DNA of 33,970 bases from positions 1-33,970 of the forward strand of contig NW_024705572.1 of the NCBI RefSeq assembly GCF_018977255.1, read 5' to 3'. Of the stretch, positions 21,515 to 33,114 are shown one piece after another. A program made the position numbers and the translations under genes. Every line of letters starts with the position of its first letter. Position 1 is the first letter of the stretch. This DNA comes from Callorhinchus milii (Eukaryota). The notes under the pieces were generated by a model that searched no databases, was not told the origin of the DNA, and saw only the letters and a list, made by a program, of their open reading frames with translations.

Positions 21515-21806
21515 CAAGCGATCGTCATCAGGAGAACAAGGGCGGGAAAGCTGCTCAGGCAGGCTGTTTTAAAGGTTTGAAATGGGTGTAGTCACCCATA
21601 TGACCCTTGTACTACACCCATTTCAAACCTTTAAAACAGCCTGCCTCAGCAGCTTTCCCGCCCTTTTTTCTCCTGATGACAATCGCTTGTGTTGCGATCA
21701 AAACGTCGTAGTTTTTTGTTATTTTATTTGAACCTATCTACGTGACTTTACCGAAATACCAAAGAATATGAATTCCTGCAATCACGAAAGTTTTGAAACA
21801 AAATTT
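21515..21806 (+). mobile_element. Short PLE pLTR with inverted 5' duplication and degenerate HHR (21670-21710)
   Basis: ~21512-21591 is the reverse complement of 21611-21690 (19-nt spacer). CTGATGA-C-AATCGC-TTGTGTT-GCGATC-AAAACGTC. Terminal ATGAATTCCTGCAATCACGAAAGT. Confidence 0.8.
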
Positions 21807-21824
21807 AATCTATGACGTTAAATA

Positions 21825-22465
21825 CAGATGATCATCGATTATTACCAGTTCGTGCTTATCTGACTTCCAACATCCGGTAAAACCGCTGCAAAGGCTGTAC
21901 CAGTCCGGCGATCGGCACCATGTGCGTGACAAAACAAGTAGATTTGCTCTATTTATGTGTCGAATACTATATACAGTACATTACACACTACATACAACTT
22001 AAACAATGCAAACACTGCATGTGTATAAATGTTCCATGACTAATAACTACAGTGACAGAAACAGAAAACATACAGTGCGATCTGGCGAAAATTGCGTGCA
22101 ATTCGGCATTCGCCAGAGCACCGGTCCTAAGGCTGCATCAGTCCGACGATTATCAAACACAAGTTGTTGTTGTCAAACACAAGTTGTTGAACAAGAGTGT
22201 AGTACACACATCACCCCATGCAGTCTTCGATATTGGAGTGGTGAGTGCGGTACAGTAAATAGTCACTTTTTACAGCAGGATATTTATTTTGTCTTTGTAT
22301 ATTTATGTAAGCTATTTTGATATCGCAAGCTATTTAAAAACACTATATATACAGAACACCTACAAATATAATCTTATTCAAGAATATGCAAAAATAAGCC
22401 ATTTTAAATGATGCGATTATTTGGTGTTTTGAAAATCCGTCTGCCGGATAATCGATTATCTACTG
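21825..22465. mobile_element. Tc1/mariner-type MITE
   Basis: TA|CAGATGATCATCGATTATTACC ... CCGGATAATCGATTATCTACTG|TA imperfect TIRs. Confidence 0.55.
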
Positions 22466-22954
22466 TATTAACATAATATAGTTTGAAACAATATCATTGG
22501 TTAGAGTAGGTAATGTGACAATTGTAATTGTGTTGTTATTTAATAGTGGTGAAAAGTGCTGTAAAAAGTGAATAAAAAAGAAAGTTATAATAGACGTTCC
22601 AAAATGTTTTACCTTATACTGAGTATCTTTGTGTTTTGTGTTCGCATGTGTGTATATATTTGTTTATGTGTGCTTATATTAGTGTGAGTGCATCAGGACA
22701 TTACTCACTCTAACGTCTCCAAACTCCCTTCTCTCCCCAACATCCCGTCCGCTAAAAGTCGAAGTCCACTGTCTCCGATCTTGTTGCCACTCAGCCTAAA
22801 CCCGCGTGGACGGGAGAAGGGACAGCGCTGACTCACTGAGCCCACGGGAACCGCGGAGTCAAACACGCGGTGAGTGAGGGACACTCACAATGGTGGTGAA
22901 CATGACCAGAGCACACACGTTCATGAGCAAAGCTGCTACAATCTGTTTGCATCA

Positions 22955-23110
22955 TATTGAATCATCAAATTCATGACTCAGTCTGACTCGAGTCCAAGTC
23001 ACATGATCGAGTCCACACCTCAGAGGTGGACAAATATTGTTATGCAAGTCAAGTCGAGTCTGAAGTCATCAATCATGACTCGAGTTCTGATCATCACAAT
23101 CATCCACCTC
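22955..23110. mobile_element. Degenerate hAT-like termini rich in GACTCGAGTC motifs
   Basis: Repeated GACTCGAGTC/CAAGTC subterminal motifs and CACACCTC / GAGGTGGA ends. Confidence 0.35.
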
Positions 23111-23191
23111 ATTCATTTATACTGCACTGTACCTTTGTAATCTGAAACTTGTTGGTGTTTATAAGGGTGTTGTTTTGCAAGACCTCGTCTA

Positions 23192-23465
23192 CAAAAAAGA
23201 CAAAGATCCCCCGTATAGCCTTAACAGACTGTAGGGGCACGTTCTGTTAGCGAGCACCTATGAAGGCCAGAACGGCACACGAGGGGGTGGGTGGCCTGCA
23301 CCACACGCCCGACCGCCTTTGTCTCCCCAGTGGCGATGTTTACACACTGCACCAGGTACTCATTTGGGGCTGAGTCGACCTAGAGGGAGGCCCAGGTTCG
23401 GTTCAGATAATCGTCACTGGTGTTGGCCGTGAGCGGGAATCGAACTCGGGATGCCGGGTTCATAG
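23192..23465 (-). mobile_element. tRNA-derived SINE, head truncated by a MITE
   Basis: B box, core GTCGACTCAGCCCCAAATGAGTACCTGG, tail GGCTATACGGGGGATCTTTG. Confidence 0.85.
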
Positions 23466-23730
23466 CAGAGGTCGCAACCGGGTACCCGATACCCGTACCC
23501 TACCCGATACCTGGCTACCCGTACCCGGCCGGGTAAGGGTAGCCGTTTGCGACCCTGGTGCGGCCGGGTACGGGTAGGCCGTGAGTCACTGGTGAGTAAC
23601 CGTTTGTCACTCATTTTGGGTAGGGTACGGGTAGGGAACGGGTATCCGTACCCAGCCGGGTACGGGTACCCATTTGCGACCCTGGTACGGCCGGGTAGGG
23701 TAAGGAATCAAAACCCGTTTGCGACCTCTG
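23466..23730. mobile_element. hAT-like MITE without matching TSD
   Basis: Perfect 12-bp TIRs CAGAGGTCGCAA / TTGCGACCTCTG. Many GGGTA/TACCC subterminal repeats. Confidence 0.8.
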
Positions 23731-23849
23731 TCGTCTACACACCTACAGTAACTAAAGTAAATAACTCAAGAAATGACCTTAAAATGAAAACCAGCAATAG
23801 AAACATGGGAAAATATATAGTACTAAGCATATAAAACAAACAATTACGT

Positions 23850-24082
23850 AATGCTACAAAAGGAAAATAATTACGTAATGATATAAAAAATGAAATTGAC
23901 CTTAATCCTCGTGAAGCTCGGGCTCGGTGAAGGCGACGTTTTAGTTGGGGCTGGGCTTACGCCTCGCTGAACTAGTTGCACTTATGTAAACTAATGCAAA
24001 CATTTCCACACGTTGATTTTATTACATGATTTATGGGAGCATTTCCGTAAATTCGGATTTCCGTAAACCTGGGACTGCCTGC
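23850..24082. mobile_element. Partial copy of the Tigger-like element at 3177-3854
   Basis: Shares GTGAAGCTCG..GTGAAGGCG, GGCTTACGCCTC and ATTTATGGGAGCATTTCC. Terminal CCTGGGACTGCCTG. Confidence 0.7.
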
Positions 24083-24704
24083 ACATACATGCGTATATTA
24101 ACTAATGTTGTTGTCCATTGCGCACTCAGATCACTCGACAAATTGCGCCTTATTAATATCAATCCTTATATGAAGAGTGCTTGCATTTATTTTAATGTAA
24201 AAAATACTGTAACATTAAAACAACTGCAGACTCAAACATGGGTGTGTATAAGTGTGTAGTAATGTGCAAGTATTCGTGTATATGGATATTAGTGTATATA
24301 TACATGTGAGTGTGTGTATATTCATATATGAGAGTGTGCATATTAGTGTACATGTACGATCTAATAAATCTGAAAATCTAAATAGGATCGAGCCTGGATG
24401 GTGCTTCTACCCGTGACTAACATGCATAACAGGTGTTGTAGCCTGCGGAGCTGCGTTATGGCAATGGAACAACATTCATCTATGCTCTACACCAACCCAC
24501 ACTGACAAGAATGGTGATGTATGGTCAAATAACCCCCAAGACCTGCATGGTGTGGGAGTGCCTTATCCAGCAGTGGAGTGACCAAAAGCTGTACTTGTAC
24601 ATATGTAGGAGTGTGTAAGTTTATATGTACACTATGTACGTTTGTGTGTGTACATGTCTGTGTGTATATACGAGTGTCTTTCATTGCATATTTTTATGCG
24701 TTTA

Positions 24705-25062
24705 TGGAAATGGTGGGAAAGTCGTTGGCACATTCCATTACTAAGTGACCTGGGTTCAATATCTGGTAACAGCATCAGTGGTGAGTGATATAAAATCTGG
24801 TCCTGGAACTCCCCTAAGGTGACTGAGCCTTAAATGAGTACCTGGTATGGTGTGTAAACATCAGCAATGGGGATAGAAAGACAGCCAAGGACGGTGCTAG
24901 TCAGGGAAGTGTGCTCAGCACTTGCCTCAAAAGTGTATGCAGGCTCCACGGGGAGATTGTCTTTGTGCTCTAAAGTGCAGTGTAGTAGTGTGTGCTTGTT
25001 CTCTGTCACGGGCTTCACTTTCCTCAACAGTTTGTATGGGCTACTTGGGGGATCTTTGTCTC
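24705..25062 (+). mobile_element. Diverged SINE copy with an internal insertion
   Basis: GGGTTCAAT B-box-like site, GACTGAGCCTTAAATGAGTACCTGG core, GGGGGATCTTTGTCT tail. Confidence 0.65.
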
Positions 25063-25887
25063 TTTAATGCTTTACAACTAAGATTAACACCCATTACGTA
25101 TCAGCTGTCTCTGTAGTGGGGGCACCATCACTGACCATGATCCACTGTGAACCAGGGGCTTGAATCGGCCACGTGGATCAAACCGTTACCCTCACTCTCC
25201 ACTGCAGAGCCGCTATCAGGGCTCCATTTTCTCAGTCGGGTCTACGGTCACCTCATTTCCTGCACCTAGTGTGAGGGCTATCATTATCGCTAATTAAATG
25301 TTGCTGAAGATGATGGAAAGCGTTACAGCAGCCATGCATATGCATAACTTTTCTTCCTTTTGTACTTTAATGTACAGTGAGTGCAGCATTCACTGTGGAC
25401 CCACCTACTCACTACACATTTACTCACCCACTCACACTAATTCACTCATTCACCAACCCACTCACACACCACTGACCCACCAACTCACTCACATCCTCAC
25501 CTAACTCAACATATTCACTCATCGATCCACCCACCAAGTCACCCACCAACTCAAGCAGGCACGCATTCACTCACCAAACATTATCCCTCAATGGATGAGT
25601 GGGCGTGAGTATGGGGGGAGAAGAGTGAAGGGATGGGCAAGGGAGGGTTGGGTTATGGGAAAAGTGAAAGCAGGAGCAGATTGGGGGATTTGGGGGTTAA
25701 GGGGAGGGGTGAGCGTGGAGTGCGGGGAGAGGAGTGAAGTGAGGAGTGAAGACAATAATTGCAGTGGCGAGGGGAAATATTGTCAAAAGTTGTGTTCATG
25801 CATCGGCTATGCATGTCCGAGTGTTTACGCAGTATGGGGTTACATTGCACTCTGTGCGTGCACAGTTACTAAGTGAGGATTCTTATA

Positions 25888-26065
25888 GAAAAAGATCCGC
25901 CGTATAGTCTTAACAGGCTGCTGGGGCAAGTGCTGTTAGGGAGCACCTATGAAGGCCGGCATGGCATATGATGGGGTGGGTGACCAGCATCGCGCCCGGC
26001 CGCATTGTCTCCTGAGTCGCGATGTTTTACACACTGCACCTGGTACTCATTTGAAGACGAGTTGA
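25888..26065 (-). mobile_element. SINE 3' half
   Basis: GAGCACCTATGAAGGCC and GTACTCATTTG shared with 23192-23465. Confidence 0.75.
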
Positions 26066-26123
26066 TATCACACCACACACACACAATTTGTGAAGTAGTG
26101 AATGCGAGGTGTGCAAGTCTTAC

Positions 26124-27793
26124 ACTAGCTCTTTACATCTGTGCAGTCCAGGCTGAAGCCTCTTCATTTCCTCGGTGCCGATGCCACAGCCATAGGTTGA
26201 GTGTCTCCACAGGTTCTTCTCGATGCTGCAGGATCCAGGAGAGGGCAGCGCAGTCTGGCAGGGACAGCCTTGTCTTGACAGGTCTATCTAGTCATGGACC
26301 GAGTGGCATCACTCAGGGACTTGCGGTCGTGCAGCTCGTGCACGCAGTGCAGGAGACTGATGAGCCTGTGTTTGTCAACCTCTGAGTCTCCATGCTGCGA
26401 TTGAGCCACTCGATTATTTCCTTTTGAGAATCTGCAGATGGAGGATCCAAGATACCTCAAAGAACTTCCATGGAGTGCTTGATGCTAGTCCACAAAAAAA
26501 CCTCTGAAACACATCAAACCTCCCATCTTTGCTGTCCTCAATAGCCTTGATGATGTCACTCACTGGCCGTGTTGAATGTGACAGATGCACGGCTATTGCT
26601 GCAAAGAATTCCTGCATTGTCAAGTGTGAAAATGAATAACAACTCCCTTGTTTAATGCCCTCACATGTGAACACTTTGTTGATGAATGTACTTCCGAGTT
26701 CAGAAGAACTAACAACACACTCTTCTAGATCTTTTGGCTGAACATCTGGATGTTTTGCTGAACCCCCTTCAGAGCCATATTGGCAAGAGATGATACGATT
26801 TCCTTGGCTCCGCGGCTGCCACGTCCATGGTGTACTATGAGCCCAAACACGTATTGTGTGAAGAGGTCGGTCATTGATTTGAGGATAATCTCAGAATGAT
26901 CAGACTTTTGTAAATGTTCCTTCAGTGTAATGGCTGCTATATGGCAGAATGAAGGGTTCTGGGACAATGTATTCACCGTTTCATTTTCCTGCAGGAGCTT
27001 GAGTGCCCTTTCTGCTAGACTCCTATCTTGGTAAAATTTTTAAAGAATGCTATTTTATCTTCGTTGGAAAACCCAGTGATTTCAACAGCTCGATCAACAT
27101 TCACTCCACTCAGCTGCTCCATGGCAATGGGTCTGGTCGTTATCAAGACCGAGGCCTTGGGCAAGAGATTTCCATTCACTAGGGCAGCAATGATGGCTTC
27201 TACTGTTGCCGTCTTACGTGGATCAGTGCAAGCATTGGCATAGTGAAGGCACTTTCCAAACTCGTCCAACCCATCCATAACAAAAAGGGTTCTCTCTTGG
27301 TTTGCGAAAACCTCATCTGCTTTGTTTCCCAAACATGAGTGCAGCACAGAAAACAGCTCTGCGAGTGACACCTCTCCAACATCATTTATCTCCCGGACGT
27401 TATGAGCACAATGTGCTCAAAGCGTTGTGCAAACACTCTCTCACCTGACAGCAGGCTGTGCACAATGAATTTGCTCAACATGGTTTTACCGCTGCCTGGA
27501 GTCCCCACTACAATAACCAGTCGGGGTGTTTTTTTTTTCGTGATCAATGGGATCAAAGAGCTTATTGTAAGTCATCCCTTCTCTCTGTGCTCTCTTCATC
27601 AGCTCCTCGTGCTGCTTGCCTCTCGCTAGTAACTCGTGCTCCTTGGTTTTTTGCTGGCGGTAGTAGGGAACCAGAATTGGCTTCACCATCCTCTCCAGCA
27701 AAAACACTGCAGGTTCTCCAGGTCGTGCGTCGTAGTCTCGTGTTAATGATGTCAGCTTCAGCAAGAATTCTCTGTAATCATCACCAGGGTTAT
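26124..27793 (-). CDS. NLR gene large exon: FISNA-like + NACHT + WHD/HD2 + first LRR (frameshifted in this sequence)
   Basis: Acceptor TTTTATTTAG, donor GTAAG. Motifs: KEHELLARGKQH, Walker A GTPGSGKT, Walker B LFVMDGLDEF, LLPKASVLITTRP, EITGFS, LANMALKG, YSFSHLTMQEFFAA, FQRFFCGL, LLHCVHE, DCAALSWIL..ETLNLW..GIGTEEMKRLQPGLHRCKEL. Confidence 0.92.
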
Positions 27794-29719
27794 CTAAATA
27801 AAACAGAAATCATTTAACGAACAAATTAGTTTCATTGCACTAAAAAAAATTCGTATAGCAGACATATGTTTAAAATAAACTACATCATTAAAAAAGCGTA
27901 GCGAATTCGTTCACCATGGATAATGCAGCAACATCATGTGCATCATGAATTATTGTGTGGAAGTTTTCCCGATATGTATTCTACAATTTTTTTAAACACT
28001 GTACCTTTGTAAAAATTTTTTTATTCATAACAAAAATGTTCCCACCACTTGTCTTGTGTTTTTTGCATGTGAAAAAGATAGTACCACCACATTTAGCATT
28101 ACGATGGTACATCACATCATCACAACCTAATTCTATCAATCTGTGTGTAAAATTCACTGCTGCCTTGTCCTACAATTTTGATTTTTGTTGTTTAGGATGT
28201 TGAATTTTACTTTTTATATTTCACTGGTATTGGGGCTGTGTTTCCTCTCCCATCTCAAGCTGGCCTCATCACGTAGCAAGGGGACTACACTGGTGGAGTG
28301 CAGTACACCAGGCACGGTCCTGCAGCAGAGAAGATGAAGTGCTTTCACCTCCACAACAACAGCCACATGAATTACAGAACTCGTAGCTTCCCACGTGATG
28401 CATCATAGGTTCACTTGAACTTCAACTAATCTGGCTACTGCATCATCAGCAAACACTGTGGCATCCACTACATTGTGGAGAGTGCGATTCCCTAATGACA
28501 AATTTGCTCAACAACTTCCATAAGCTTTCCAAGGAAACATTGAACCCAGTGGCTCACCACTTGGGCAATGGTGACCATGACTAGCGTGATCCCTCTGTAT
28601 CTGATGTTATTTTAATCTCTTGGGAATCATATATTCGGCGTCATTATCTCCGTGGACTTTTTTTCCAAATGACGAGGGCTACAAATTTGACGTTTAATCT
28701 GGAGTGAATTATAACCAATCCAATTTCTGTTTCATTTATTTGGTATAGCCCTGTGAGCCATTCGGCTCTTGAATCGGGTGCAACCGCAACAAACGAAAAC
28801 AGGAACAAGAAACATCTTAAAGTGACTACGCGCAATCAGAAAAATCAGGGAAAAAAAACAAAGTCTTCCAGAAAAAGCACCATATATCAATGCTGTGTGC
28901 AAAAATCCCAGTGGATGCAAGTCAAACCAGTGGCGGCTCCTGCAAAATCTCTCAGGGGGGCAAATGTCTGGATGATTGATAAGGATAAGGTCCACCCATG
29001 CAATGAATAAATTAACAGCTTAAGCATGTAAAGGCAACTTCACTTCTTTAATATTAATGAAAAATAAAGTGACTCTTACAATACATCTTGTTTGTTTATA
29101 TACTCACTATTAAAACAAACCACTCAAGTTTATTTTATTAAAGATTCCACTAGGTAGCGATAAATTATATTGTTGGATGAAACGTGCTTACGTATGATGA
29201 CGTTAGCACGTATGATGACGTAAGCACGTTAGTGCATGCCCTCCCGGAAGCCATAGAGAATGCATTGGAGCGCCCCCGTTCGAAAAAAAACATCTTTGAA
29301 TGTAAGTCTATGGGGCCACTCGGGGCGATTCTCAGCCGTAGTGAAATCGCCCCAAAAGAGGCGGTACTCCACAGAACGTGACATGACGCTGATTGGACTA
29401 TATCCAGAGGCTGACAGTGACGGCTAGCGTGACTCTGTGGTTGAATGACATTGGTGGTGCGTCGCCCAATCGCCCTAATGAAGAAACCGCCCCTGAGTCA
29501 AACAATAACAACCATAAGACAATTAAGATTGAAGTTATCAGTCTAACTCTGTACTACAACAAACAAATATGGCTAACCAAAATTTTTCGAAATCACCAAA
29601 ATAAAGCTATAAAAGCAATGTAACAGTGATCATAGGAACTGATTTAAATTGTACAATAAACGATATACATAACATGTACTACCAAACTTTGCAGCCATAG
29701 CTGGCTGCATGAGTTTAAT

Positions 29720-30211
29720 GCGAGCGTACACTGACGGTCGCCGATCGGTGGGATAGGCTTCGCCGCTTTAGCCTCTAAGCCAATTGGGTGAAAGAGATTA
29801 TCTGGGCCAGAGTTCAAGGGCGGAGCCCGAGGGTGCTAGTGGGGTACTATCTCGAAGGTTCGTAAGGGGGCGTGGCTAGAGGCGGGGCTTGGTGACGCAG
29901 AGGGGGTTATAAGGGGAAGCCGGAAGGGACTCGAGGTCAGTGTGGGAAGTCTGGAAGCGGGACCACATCTCGCGCCTCCGGCATGCCATCGGCCACGTGG
30001 TGGTCCGGAGGTGGTCTCCCTGCGCGCCGTCTGCCAGCGGTGCGCGGGAGCGGAAAGAGTGAGCGAGCGTGCGCAGATGATAACAACTCACGCCGCGCAA
30101 CGCGGAGCGACGGTGATAGCGTGGGAGAACGCGGAGCGTCCAGCCGCGAGAAATAAATAAATAAGACACAGCCAGATTGTCGTCGAAGTGTGTTATTACA
30201 GGAGTATAACA
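29720..30211 (+). mobile_element. Probable solo LTR (5' boundary uncertain) in the NLR intron, antisense to the gene
   Basis: CpG-rich. CCAAT ~29779, GC boxes 29866-29888, TGACGCA ~29893, TTATAA 29907, AATAAA ~30152, ends ...TATAACA. Confidence 0.6.
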
Positions 30212-30249
30212 TTTTTTCAAGAGTTAAGAGGAGAGAGTAGGTTCGTTTC

Positions 30250-30720
30250 ATGAGTCAATGGCAATAAAAGGCTGGGTGTCATTAGAAATAGCAGTGTAGC
30301 TAGTCAATATAAAAAAATAGGAATAAAAAATCTCCACAAAGGAGGAGACATTGCACTGAGAAGAGCAGATAGCCAAGGACGGAGCCATGTGGAACACCAT
30401 AGAATTGGGGCATCTGAACGGAAGGCAGTCCTTGCTTGGAAAAATAGGGCTCACTTTTAGAGGGTGAAGCAGTAGGGAAGTGTGTGAGAGATGCCTGCGT
30501 AGCCATGCCGATTCAAGAGGATGGAGTGGTGTGTGGTATCCAACGCAGCCCAAAAGTCAAGAACCAGAAGCAGCTTCCATAATTTAAGAGAGGTGGTCAT
30601 TCACCCTGCATAGGGGAACAGTTTCAACCACAGAATGTACGAAGTCATGGAGACCATGGCAGCTGATGGGTTTGCTGCCATGGCCAACCATCTTGGGCTT
30701 GACACTTGAAAGAGAGCTTC
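30250..30720 (-). mobile_element. Ancient L2/CR1-type LINE RT fragment
   Basis: GVPHGSVLGYLLFS (cf. GVPQGSVLGPLLF), NDTQPFIA (cf. ADDTQLY) and HSVVETV..VNDHL (cf. HSTETAL..VNDLL). Confidence 0.6.
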
Positions 30721-30971
30721 ATAGCTCATTATATTCTTCCAGCTTAAATACTACGTCTGTGTCTGAAGAGGCGGGAGAAAATCACCATGTTTAAGTATTT
30801 CCCAAGGAAAGGGAGCTGTGGGATATGATGAATTAATGAATGTTGGGGTCCAGTGTGGATGTAAGGTTTTATATTTACACACATTTTCATTATCCATCCA
30901 TCCTTTCCTCCCCTTCACCTAAACTTGCCCAGAGACATGCGAATGGCTATGTGAAGTTTAGCATCACTCAC

Positions 30972-31333
30972 GAGAAGCTGCTCCAGGATGGCTTCACCCA
31001 CAGTTCTCTCAGATCAACACCCATCAAGTTGAGCTGCTGCTCATGCTGTGATATCCACTGATCCAAGAGAGGGATCTCGGATCTCAGCGGCACCAGCACG
31101 TCTTCAATGAATCTCATGCAGACATCTTCTCCCTTGTCGAGCACCAGGTCAACCAGGTGCCGTGTTCGTGCAATGGGGTCATTCTCGCTTTTGAGGGACG
31201 CATATTCACTGGCAGAACTATCCCTGTTGACAGGAATGGTCAAGCACTTCTGAAGACTTCACCTGGAGTATTCCTGCAGTTTCACTTTGTTGGTTCTAAT
31301 AATCTCATATGCAGAAACTATTGATGCCATCAT
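30972..31333 (-). CDS. NLR gene CARD exon (frameshifted); exon starts at 31352
   Basis: Acceptor TTTTCTTCAG, ATG at 31333, donor GTGAGT. AYEIIRTNKVKL..VLDH..SEYASLKSENDPIARTRHLVDLVLDKGEDVCMRFIE fits the CARD death-fold pattern. Confidence 0.8.
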
Positions 31334-33114
31334 GACAAATGCATCGAGTCACCTGAAGAAAATGAAAACAAACCACGTGTCACCTGTAAGCATAGTCGTG
31401 TAATTTTAGCCAGGTACGGGCAAACTAATTATTATAATAAAATGCTGCTACTAAAATCTGAGAGGTCTCGGTTAGGTACAATTGTGACTTTAGGTATTTG
31501 ATTGTGAATACATTGAGCTATTTAAATTGTAATGTAAGCTTAAAATTGTTATTGGAATATATGGAAATACATTAAAGAGCATCGAAACATCTTAGACATC
31601 TCAAAACACTCTTCAGTGCAAGCATATGAACATTTACATGAACACAACACTACAACAAAAAAAGTAAAATGTAAACTTCATACAAAACACCACACAGGTT
31701 TAGCAGATTAAGCAGCTGCGTGACACCACGCGCTCACTGCCTCGACCACCGTGATGCCACGCAGACGGCGAATTGCGCTGTCATGTGCAATGATCGGGAT
31801 AGCGTCACCTCTAGTTGAGTGACGATTAGAGGGTGGGAGCCAGGCTTGATCTTGGGTGGTCCCTATGTAGTGGGCACTCCCATGCTCTCAATGTATGGGT
31901 AGAGGGTGCTCTGAGGTTGTCTAGTTGTGATATGACGTCACATATGCTTCACGGAAATTAGTGAACATGATCTTTGTAGAGGTACAGTGTGGTTGTGTGG
32001 GGAAGCCAAAATTTAAAGTACAGGCATGAGGCAGCGTCAATGTTACTGTGATGTTCATTTTGTTAAATAAATCACTTATCCAGGACAGCAGTGGTCCAGG
32101 CGCCTGTGCAGCCACCTTCCTATGCATTTTAATCTCCACCTGCACTGTCTCTTAAGAGTCCTTCAAAATGAGTGGCACGTTAAATCATCAGCAGCCAGTC
32201 TCCCTACCGATGGATGAACGCCTCCCTATAGTTTTACTTAAGAAATGTATGAAACAAATCCCTAATTTAACATTTTAAATTAGTATAAATAATATAGAAG
32301 CTTATCCATAACAGCATCTGGTAAGTGAGCATGCTCCACGTGCATTTACAACAGCACGCAGAGCATGAGACTATAACGAGTTTTGGACATCATGTTTGTA
32401 AACCCAAGTGACCCATTCTTTAGTTTGAGATATTTGGATATTTAACTTTGTGTATTGAGCTGTGTATTGCACTGCTGCAAACTAAATGTCTATACTATAC
32501 ATATACAGGCCGGTCTGACTTAACCAGCGTTCTTTCTACGTGAATGCACTATAACAAGCAATTATAATTTTAACCCTTTTTTTTTACAAAATTAGCAAAT
32601 GTTCATGTAACGAGCGAGAACGGATTGATCGAATAGTGTTCTTTGGCAGCAGTGGCCTGCAGTTGTTTGCATCGCGCGCTTTCAGATGCGCTTCTACTGC
32701 CGTCTGAAATTATCTTCCCTCTGATATTAGGAAGCCACTGGGGTGATGCACTTGATTGAAAACGAATTTCTTTATAAGTGCTTTTTTGTGTTTAGTTTGT
32801 CCTTCCTCCTCAGCAGTCAAATAGTACTTAGAGATACTGTAATGGGGGGGGAGGGGGTGAGGGCGTGGGCTCAGTCGCTTTTTCTCTCATACAGCACACA
32901 TATCCACAATAATTAAGAAAAAAATGGACACCTGGAAAATAGACATCTATTGATGTTTACGCTCAAGGCGCAACAACTCTATTGGCTTCACTTTCGTGCA
33001 GCTCCATGCTACACACAGCAGACGCACACTCCCTACAGAGGATCGACGGCCGCGCGTCTTCTACGCCTACAGCACGAGCTCCAGCACAACCATCTCCCAT
33101 GTTGCTCCACTGAC

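Noticed and set aside
25100..25870. Possible downstream NLR exons (acceptors near 25265 and 25852)
   Set aside because: No convincing LxxLxLxxN/C pattern, and phases or early stops are unresolved without transcripts.
28420..28610. LINE RT remnant (RYRGITL, VFADDAV on the minus strand)
   Set aside because: The two short motifs are too close together and too degraded to call.
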